Assembly: GCA_963662665.2 (NCBI GenBank)
Contig: CAXXJS010000028.1
Location: forward strand, 128,001 to 192,000
Source: Candidatus Latescibacterota bacterium
GTDB taxonomy: Bacteria; Latescibacterota; UBA2968; GCA-2709665
Direction: 5' to 3'
Length of the DNA: 64,000 bases
How positions within the stretch are numbered: the first letter of the stretch is position 1; the number at the start of each line of letters is the position of its first letter. The position numbers and the translations under genes are program-made. Of the stretch, positions 57,181 to 64,000 are shown in pieces. The notes beneath the pieces are model-generated. The model was not told the origin of the DNA, made no database searches, and saw only the letters and a program-made list of their open reading frames with translations.

Positions 57181-58878
57181 CCTGACCTATTCATGAATCG
57201 TCAGGGATTGCAGATTCGTGCAGCAGAAGCAGCTTTCGAGTGAGTCTAAGAACGCAGGAGAAAGCTGGCTGTGCGGAACTGGCGTTTTCAAGCGATTTCA
57301 GGGTGTGTTTTTGTAGCAGGGTCGGGTGGAGGCGTCAGGATGACCCTGCTGTGACTGCCAAGAGCACAGACTTCTCCATGGCTTTTGATGGTAGCAATCA
57401 AGACGTGAAGGCGGCCTGGTCCAGATGGAAACGTTATGGCATGGCGGTTCCCAGATTGTAGAGCATGGTTCGATAGAGGTGTTTGAGTGGAAACGCCGTT
57501 GGCAGATGGAACGTGATTTTGGTTTTCAGTTCACAAACGCGCCCGGCGACTTTCAAGATGCGGTTTTGCAGCGTATTAAACTGGGCGTTCGTCCACGTGG
57601 TGCCGCGCAACCCGATATGGGCCAGGGCGTGTACCAACACATAGGCGGCGCTGTGGAGAAAGAGCCGGAAGTGATTGGCATGGAAGGTGTGGCAAGAGGT
57701 GCGATCGGAATGCAGAAAGGTCTTGTGATTCTTGATGAAGTTTTCCATCCTGCCGCGTGAGCAATAAGCGGTTTTGTAGATGAATGACGGTTGTGCGCCG
57801 TTCAGGTTGGTGACCACGAATCGGACATTGTGACCTTGCGGGTTGACTTCTGCCTTGCAGATGATGCGGCGTGGGGAAGACCAGCTGCCGGCCTGATAGT
57901 CCCAACAGCGATACAGGCGCACAGGTTTTCCCCCATCGGCATACAGCGCTTTGGCCTGGTCCATCAAGGGCTGTGCCAACCGCAGCAGCACCGCGTTTCC
58001 GCTTTGTCCGAGGATAAAAAACACATCGTTTTCGTCACACATCGTGTGTACTTCCGGACACGAAAAGTGTGAATCGCCACGCAACAGGATCTTGACATCG
58101 GGCCATGCGTGACGCAGGTAGGCGATCACCCGTTTGAGAATCGACACGATCTCTTTGCCCGTGGGTCGGCGGCCCGGACGCAAGACCGTCGTGATCAACT
58201 TGCCGGTTTGCCCTTCATAGATATGCAGGGGTTGGTAGCAATAGCCCTTGAAATACGCATTGAATAACGACAACTGCTGGGATCCATACACCTTGTCTTC
58301 CGTGTCATCGATATCCAACAGGATGGCTTCGGGGGGGTGCTTATACGAGGCGATAAACGCATCGGCAAAGGCCGTCGCGATCCGATATAAATCACCTCTG
58401 GTGATCCGGTTCTCGAACCGACTCATCGTGGGTTGACTGGCCAGGTTGGCACCGGTGACCGGCAACCGATCGCAGGCCGCCTTGAAGCCGGGGTCGCTAC
58501 GCAACGTATTGCAGTCGTTCGCATCTTCATACCCACACGCCATCTGAAAGACACGCTGACGGAGCAGGTCCACCGACGGGTGATCCACGTAACTTGGATG
58601 CCGACGATCTGTTATCGCCTCGACGATCCGACACAAAATGCCGATTTTGGATTCCACCTCTCGAAGCAGCATCGCCCCGGTGTCGCTGGTCAGCATGCCC
58701 CCGTCGAAGGCGGCTTCTACCCGTTTGCCAGAAACACTTGCGAAAGACATCCTTTGTTGTTTATCTTGACCTGCCACGGTAGTTTCCTCCCGGTTCATTG
58801 TTATCAGGTTATTCGCGTAACCATAATATAATACAATGACTTGGGTAAGGAAACTACCTTTTTTGTGAATTATTCAGA
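57181..58878 (-). mobile_element. IS1380-family insertion sequence
   Basis: Imperfect ends CCTGACCTATTCATGAA / TTGTGAATTATTCAGA; 4-bp target duplication CTAT (57177-57180, 58879-58882). Confidence 0.9.
57434..58798 (-). CDS. IS1380-family transposase
   Basis: FDGGMLTSDTG, GYEDAND, LASQPTMSR, LDIDDT, LRGDSHF, RGRMENFIK. Confidence 0.95.
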   Translation of the reverse strand: MNREETTVAGQDKQQRMSFASVSGKRVEAAFDGGMLTSDTGAMLLREVESKIGILCRIVEAITDRRHPSYVDHPSVDLLRQRVFQMACGYEDANDCNTLRSDPGFKAACDRLPVTGANLASQPTMSRFENRITRGDLYRIATAFADAFIASYKHPPEAILLDIDDTEDKVYGSQQLSLFNAYFKGYCYQPLHIYEGQTGKLITTVLRPGRRPTGKEIVSILKRVIAYLRHAWPDVKILLRGDSHFSCPEVHTMCDENDVFFILGQSGNAVLLRLAQPLMDQAKALYADGGKPVRLYRCWDYQAGSWSSPRRIICKAEVNPQGHNVRFVVTNLNGAQPSFIYKTAYCSRGRMENFIKNHKTFLHSDRTSCHTFHANHFRLFLHSAAYVLVHALAHIGLRGTTWTNAQFNTLQNRILKVAGRVCELKTKITFHLPTAFPLKHLYRTMLYNLGTAMP

Positions 58879-59087
58879 CTATGTAATTGCTGCTCTAATT
58901 AAATCTGAAAAATCCTCCTGCTGAAAGACCATCGTCACGAACTGTCAACCCGTTCAACGTTGGCGACGCGTGGTCTGTGTATTCGACAATATACGACGCC
59001 GGTTCGACAACATCAAGAACTTTGTTTCGAATCGCTCCGCTTTGCTCTTAGCGGAAAAAACCTGACCCCAGTTGAGAGGCGCATCCT

Positions 59088-59342
59088 TTATGCAAGTTTA
59101 GCCGCCTTTTTGCCGTGGGTTATTCCAAGCAGTCCGTCAATAGACAGGTCTTCATCGATTAAAGGCCAGTGAACGCCATATCCGGACGGTGACACCTCGT
59201 ATGTATTTCTCTCTCCGGACGTGGCATTTAAGAGTACGGACGATATATGGCGGACCTTAAACCTCCTGACGTGGCCGTCGATTGTCAGGACCATTTCGTC
59301 GTGTTCAAAATGAAGATCACTTACCTTGTGATGCCTTCTCAC
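59088..59342 (-). CDS. DUF2442-family antitoxin-like protein
   Basis: LLNAT..ER..YEVSPSGYGVHWPLIDEDLSIDGLL. Confidence 0.85.
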   Translation of the reverse strand: MRRHHKVSDLHFEHDEMVLTIDGHVRRFKVRHISSVLLNATSGERNTYEVSPSGYGVHWPLIDEDLSIDGLLGITHGKKAAKLA

Positions 59343-59380
59343 CTTTGACGCCTCCGTTCGAACTTATCCCATTTTTGCTC
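59339..59380 (-). pseudogene. Possible last 13 codons of a DUF4160-like partner gene
   Basis: EQKWDKFERRRQR-stop overlapping the DUF2442 GTG (GTGA); in-frame TGA immediately upstream. Confidence 0.4.
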
Positions 59381-59943
59381 TCACAAGAGGCCGAGGCGCA
59401 ACCTTGCGATCACCGATATTCTATCGCAGAGGCTGTAATGTCATTGCAGTATCGACCAGGAATTCAGCTCACGGATTTGTTGTTTGCGAACCCGTGCGTG
59501 TGGCGTACAAAATGGATGTGTCGGCTACGGTTAATATTACAAGATTTGGTGCGGAGGAGAGGACTTGCACCTCTCTGCGTTTCTCTCGGCTGATAAATGC
59601 CTACGTAAGTGTTAATCTCTCGTCTGGATTGGGGTGTCCCACTATGGCTCCGCAGAAACGCCACTCCGCATCATACGCGTGATTGAACGAATGGGTTATC
59701 CACGAGAAACTCCTTTATCAAAAATGCTGACTTAGAGATCCACACTTCCAACCCGAACAAGATACTCACAGTTATTTCAACATTTACCGAAATCGCCAAG
59801 CCCTTGTTGTTGCTGTACCAGAACAGGCTAACGATAGTTAAATCCCGTATTCAATTTACATCGAAGCCTCTTCCATTTCAACTAGAATTGGCACAATCCC
59901 AACCGTTACTGCGATAACGTCAAGAACAATTGTATTTCGATTT

Positions 59944-60171
59944 TCAACTGGTGCTCTTCTTCGAATCTGCCGGTCCGCTGGCCCCGTCAATAAATGACCG
60001 AAGTGCGCTATTTACCGCCTCCTCGGTGGGAAATGCCCTGGCAACGTCCGGCTCGAGCAAGACGAGATTTGTCCCGGATCGAAAAAACTTGAAATACTTG
60101 CCCCTGACGCCGGGACCGAGATCTCCACGGCGATATTCCGGTCGCAGTTCGTCCGGTTCAGCCCTGTTCAT
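59944..60171 (-). CDS. BrnA-like antitoxin
   Basis: DELRPEY..GVRGKY..LVLLEPDVARAFPTEEAVNSALR; AGGAGG RBS. Confidence 0.8.
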   Translation of the reverse strand: MNRAEPDELRPEYRRGDLGPGVRGKYFKFFRSGTNLVLLEPDVARAFPTEEAVNSALRSFIDGASGPADSKKSTS

Positions 60172-60230
60172 AGATCCTCCTTTCCCGACGCGTCATTAAA
60201 CGCGCACTTATAATTCTCGTCATTCCAGTT
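60158..60230 (-). pseudogene. 3' remnant of BrnT-like toxin
   Basis: TRIISARLMTRRE then, after a one-base shift, RRIYEQG-stop; RIISAR is the BrnT tail motif. Confidence 0.6.
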
Positions 60231-61055
60231 TTACCTGTCCGGTCTGTTGAGTTGTTTACCGAGTCGCTTTGCCAGCGCAGGGAACTCGCTGCCGAACAGG
60301 ATGCAGCCTTTCCGAGTTACTGACTGCCCCGGTGCAATATCACCAAAAAGTGGCCTGCTATGCAGACAATGATGCCCGTCAGCGTTCTGCAAAGCCGAAG
60401 TCGCGCATTCATATCCCAACGCTACTGCCTTGGACCTGTCATGAGAAACGGCGCCCAGGATGGCCGGTCGATCTATGGCCGTGTTGCTTCTTCCCCAGAA
60501 CCATGCTGACCTGTTGACCCATTCCTTTTCGTAGTCCATAAGGTCTGCATGATACGCGGTCCGAATTTCCATGGTTCTGTGAAGATCACCCATGCTTTCC
60601 GGCTTACCGTTCACCAGGATGCAGGATCGTTTGACTTCATCTTGATCCAGGAAATCAGATGACTTTGCCTGGAGACATCCGCCATCAGAAACGACGTCAT
60701 AAAATCTCGCGGATGACTGATTCGTGAGGGTCAGCGTCAATTCTACACTATCCTCGAGTCCGGACAACGCTGCTCTGAGAACAAGACCCGTTATGAAGTT
60801 GTGTCGAATGACCCTCCCCGAGGGATCCTTTTGGCGGTATGCCAACTGCTCTTTGATGTACTCAGGCGTTGTCTGCCATTCGTATGCCCATGCATTGTCT
60901 CCCGTCCTGGTCCATTGAGGGCAGATCTTCTGCCACATCATCGTCACGCCATTCATCGACGTGATGACTTCCGGAAACTGGATGGACCACTTCAGATCCC
61001 AGTCCAGGTGATGAATATCAACGAATCGCGTTTGGGCAGGCTGCACCAGTATCAC
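60231..61055 (-). CDS. Hypothetical protein
   Basis: 274-aa ORF co-oriented with neighbours; HHCLHSRP motif; start uncertain. Confidence 0.65.
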   Translation of the reverse strand: MILVQPAQTRFVDIHHLDWDLKWSIQFPEVITSMNGVTMMWQKICPQWTRTGDNAWAYEWQTTPEYIKEQLAYRQKDPSGRVIRHNFITGLVLRAALSGLEDSVELTLTLTNQSSARFYDVVSDGGCLQAKSSDFLDQDEVKRSCILVNGKPESMGDLHRTMEIRTAYHADLMDYEKEWVNRSAWFWGRSNTAIDRPAILGAVSHDRSKAVALGYECATSALQNADGHHCLHSRPLFGDIAPGQSVTRKGCILFGSEFPALAKRLGKQLNRPDR

Positions 61056-61119
61056 TTTTCTTTTCCCCTCTGCATGAACAGCAACACAGAAATGTGAGTC
61101 AGGTGTAGTTATCGCTTAT

Positions 61120-61830
61120 TCAGGCTTGCACTATTTGAACAGACTTGTACGTCAGTTCCCAGTGTTTCTCGCCCGGCCATTCCCGGTATTGGACGTCCGT
61201 TCCGAAGCCACTTAACGTGGCAGCGAGTTCCTGTTCGGTCGGGAAATTTTTTACGATGTCGTACTCCTGTCCATCCGAGAGAACCCGCCGCTCAATGGTA
61301 TCGCCTTTGGAATCCTCGTGCCGTTGTGTGGCCATACCGTCAACTCTGGGAATATCATATTCGAGCTGGTCCGAATACAGCACCAGCGCTCCGGGAATCA
61401 GCCTTCGGTGAAGCGATTGCAGGAACTGCCGCACGCGGGTTCTTGGAACGTGCGACCACCACCAGACAGCGAACGCCGCGGTGAATGTACCGACCTTGGG
61501 GTCCAGGGAATACGCGTCAGCCAGACGGAATTTCACATGCGGTAGATGTTCACATCTCGAGCGCGCACGCGAGATCATCTCCGGGTTGACGTCAACGCCA
61601 ACAACCGACGTCGCGGTTTCCGCCAGGGCTTCCGTCCAGTATCCCGTCCCGCACGCAATCTCAAGGACATCATGGCCCTTGAACAGTTGCTGGTATCTCT
61701 TCTTTTTCGCAACACGGAATGGGTGCGCGTCGGGCGTCAGATATCCCGCGCTACGATCGTATTCCGGAGCGCGCGCAGCATAGTATCTGGCCGTTTCTTC
61801 GGATACCGCATCGTTGGAATGAGGCGTCAT
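61120..61830 (-). CDS. Class I SAM-dependent methyltransferase
   Basis: YYAARAPEYD, VLEIACGTGYWT, GVDVNPEM, WWSHVP. Confidence 0.9.
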   Translation of the reverse strand: MTPHSNDAVSEETARYYAARAPEYDRSAGYLTPDAHPFRVAKKKRYQQLFKGHDVLEIACGTGYWTEALAETATSVVGVDVNPEMISRARSRCEHLPHVKFRLADAYSLDPKVGTFTAAFAVWWWSHVPRTRVRQFLQSLHRRLIPGALVLYSDQLEYDIPRVDGMATQRHEDSKGDTIERRVLSDGQEYDIVKNFPTEQELAATLSGFGTDVQYREWPGEKHWELTYKSVQIVQA

Positions 61831-61904
61831 TTCGATAGTCCCTTTAAAATTTTCCGATGCTGCGGCAATTTCACGAGGGGTTTCTTCGAGCCTTCCCAAG
61901 GAAC

Positions 61905-62729
61905 TCAGACCATACCTACTCTCTTGAACAGGAACAGCGCCTCGACCGTAAAGGCCGCCCGGTGTTCCTCTCCATGATTGGTGATCCAACCCCCGTCATC
62001 GTGCTGATAGCCCTTTACCTTTTCCAGCGATAAATCGAAAAGGTCTGCCGCAATTTCACCGGCAAGGTGGCTGGCATAGGCGATCGAGATCGTGTCTCCC
62101 GGGTCCGCCTTGTCCGCCGTTACCGCATCGTAGAGAACCTTCGTGCAGCCTCTGATAATTGCTTCATCGGCTTCGTCGCCGGTTCCAATCAGACTCAACA
62201 GCGGCATTGCCATCCAATGTGTGTGCTGGTAGACCGGAAATTTCTCGCCATCCCATGCCTGCCGGATAAACGCCACTGCTTTCGAAAAATCCACATGTCG
62301 TTCCAGGCCCGATTCTTTCAGTTTGCAGCACAGTGCCGAAGTGAGCCACACCTGATTCTCGTGCCGCCCGGGCAGCATCCAGAAAGGCGGGTTGAAGTTG
62401 ACGATCTCATCCGGTTCGTCCCAACTCCCGTCTTCGCGCTGGGTTTTCCGGAGGAACTCCAGGGTGTTCCGCAGAACCGGGCTGTTCCGGTCCCCGATCC
62501 AGTTCAACCACTGCAGGGCCACCCACGTCGCGCTGATGATTGACACGTCACCCTGGAAGTCCTTGTCGGTTCGCGTCCAGCCGCCATCATCTCTCTGGCA
62601 GGTCTCCAGGGAGTCGATCACGTCTTCCCGGCCGCAACTGCCGCTTGCAAAAAGGGCGAGACTTGAAAGAACGGGATCATTCGTGGCAAGAACGAAAGCG
62701 GTTGCCTTGTCCGGATCTACGGCGCCCAT
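61905..62729 (-). CDS. Prenyltransferase/squalene-cyclase repeat protein
   Basis: Three QW-type motifs: QRDDGGW, QREDGSW, QHDDGGW. Confidence 0.75.
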   Translation of the reverse strand: MGAVDPDKATAFVLATNDPVLSSLALFASGSCGREDVIDSLETCQRDDGGWTRTDKDFQGDVSIISATWVALQWLNWIGDRNSPVLRNTLEFLRKTQREDGSWDEPDEIVNFNPPFWMLPGRHENQVWLTSALCCKLKESGLERHVDFSKAVAFIRQAWDGEKFPVYQHTHWMAMPLLSLIGTGDEADEAIIRGCTKVLYDAVTADKADPGDTISIAYASHLAGEIAADLFDLSLEKVKGYQHDDGGWITNHGEEHRAAFTVEALFLFKRVGMV

Positions 62730-62763
62730 GTCTTCAACCTCATCGTAAGCACTTCCTGGCTTC

Positions 62764-63009
62764 GCTATGCTCAACCCCAACCAAACAGGTGGCAATTATA
62801 GGGCGAACCCGTTTGAAGGTTCAATCACTCCCCCCTTGAGGGGGAGTCGCAGAAGCCGAGTCCGTCCCCTGAGCCGCTGTCCTGAGCTTGTCGAAGGGTT
62901 GTCGAAGGGCCGGCGACGGCTGATGCGGTGGGAGGATTTCAGCGCCTTACCGTATGCAAGCAGCATGATTAAATATGCACACATCTTGCGTAGAAGTCTT
63001 ACTGTAAGA
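62764..63009 (-). repeat. About 245-bp MITE-like dispersed repeat, copy 2
   Basis: Inverted counterpart of 49936-50180. Confidence 0.85.
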
Positions 63010-63120
63010 AACTAAAGGAATCCCGCCCAATAATATACTGTATTAAGTATATTATAATTAGCATATCAAATACACGAATCAATAGACTGATCTACTCATG
63101 AATTGTCAAGGTTCGCCGTC

Positions 63121-63528
63121 TTATTCGCAGTTCTGTCTCTCGAAATTTCGAACCACCATACCCACGCACTCCGAAAACTCCTGCTTGACGTAGAAATCGG
63201 CCACGTCCCGGTCGCACACAAGGTCGATCATGTAGAGATGTCCAACCTGTTCGAGCATTCGCCGGACAAGCTCGGCGCCAATGCCCATCCCCTGGTAGTC
63301 GGGAAGTACGCTGAGGTGGGGAATATATGCGCAGGATACGCCGTCCGAGACGGCGGAAATCCAGCCGACGACCGCACCTTGCGTGGAAACTGCCAGAACA
63401 AGGTAATCGCTGCCCTGAATAATCCTGAAATGTGCATCCGGGGAGGGTGGATTGGGTCAACCCATGAAGTGACCCTTGAGATTTTCGGGCCGGATTCCTT
63501 CAAGCGTATTCTGATATCTGATTGACAT
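63121..63528 (-). pseudogene. GNAT N-acetyltransferase with in-frame TGA at codon 24
   Basis: Manual translation MSIRYQNTLEGIRPENLKGHFMG*PNPPSP..SDGVSCAYIPHLSVLPDYQGMGIGAELV..IDLVCD..FY; TGA at 63457-63459. Confidence 0.85.
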
Positions 63529-63614
63529 CGCGTCACGTGTGCCCATGAGATTCTTCCCGCATCATGTTTCCTGACGTCTTCACCGTTCCCGAGTACTTTC
63601 TCCCTGACGCATGA

Positions 63615-64000
63615 TCAGGCACCTGTCGTGGCGGGTCTCGCGGCGACGACTACAAGCCGATCGGATTCCCTGCCGTATTCCTCCCCTTCAAAACTCCCGC
63701 ATAGGTTCACGCCCCGAAAGCCGGCGGCAAGCAATCTGTCCTTCAACTCCTGGCCGGAATAGACGGTGTGGTGAAATTTGAAGGTGCGGACCTCCGCCCC
63801 CTTGATGATGATCCATTCATTCCTGATGCGGGACCATTCGTCGAAAATTTCGTGGCGCTGAATCAGCAGGGTGCCGTCTTCAAGCTTCTCGGAGGCCGTC
63901 GGCTGGAAGATGCGCGCCAGCTTCTCCTTGCCCATGAGGTCCATCACGAGACGTCCGCCGGGCTTCAGGCTGGCAAAGATCTTTCGCAGCACCCTGACGT
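63615..64000 (-). CDS. Class I SAM-dependent methyltransferase, C-terminal part (5' end outside window)
   Basis: LKPGGRLVMD, YSGQELKDRLLAAGF, RLVVVA. Confidence 0.8.
   Translation of the reverse strand, partial: VRVLRKIFASLKPGGRLVMDLMGKEKLARIFQPTASEKLEDGTLLIQRHEIFDEWSRIRNEWIIIKGAEVRTFKFHHTVYSGQELKDRLLAAGFRGVNLCGSFEGEEYGRESDRLVVVAARPATTGA

Noticed and set aside
59620-59715. Remnant of an ATPase gene starting MDNPFV after an AAGGAG RBS (minus strand)
   Set aside because: Stops after 10 codons; resemblance too short to support.
63457-63459. TGA recoding (Trp or selenocysteine)
   Set aside because: Many genes in the window end in TGA, the position is not a Cys site, and no SECIS-like hairpin is evident.

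Overview
A GC-rich bacterial chromosomal segment. Plant-type LRR/metalloprotease fusions, dockerin-like EF-hand modules, a FlgD-Ig/T9SS-like sorting domain and several PhyH and Gfo/Idh/MocA enzymes suggest a sponge-symbiont-type Gemmatimonadota/Latescibacterota-like lineage; this is inference only. Left to right: a truncated Tat-exported intradiol-dioxygenase-like gene; a MacB-type exporter locus (two permeases, ECF sigma, adaptor, ATPase) with two matching sigma54 promoters, interrupted by a four-helix-bundle cassette array with heptamer-repeat arms; a catabolic block including a double PhyH enzyme with an HxG (halogenase-like) site; an 1829-aa LRR-metalloprotease, a Kelch-like and a heparinase II/III-like gene; an SDR + divergent QueA-like + AirS-like GAF kinase + NarL regulator operon; a lower-GC defence-like islet (McrC tail, KAP NTPase split by IS21, orphan ParA + unknown partner); a cobalamin-riboswitch cobamide uptake/remodelling cluster (btuF, btuB, propeller-dockerin, cbiZ, cbiB, secreted double-Cache protein, hicBA, btuD, btuC) hit by IS1182 and IS1380; and a tail of orphan antitoxins, methyltransferases and a nonsense-mutated GNAT. 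Intergenic DNA is dense with REP/MITE-like palindromes. I saw no CRISPR array, rRNA or tRNA. All family assignments come from motif recognition by eye, with no database searches.
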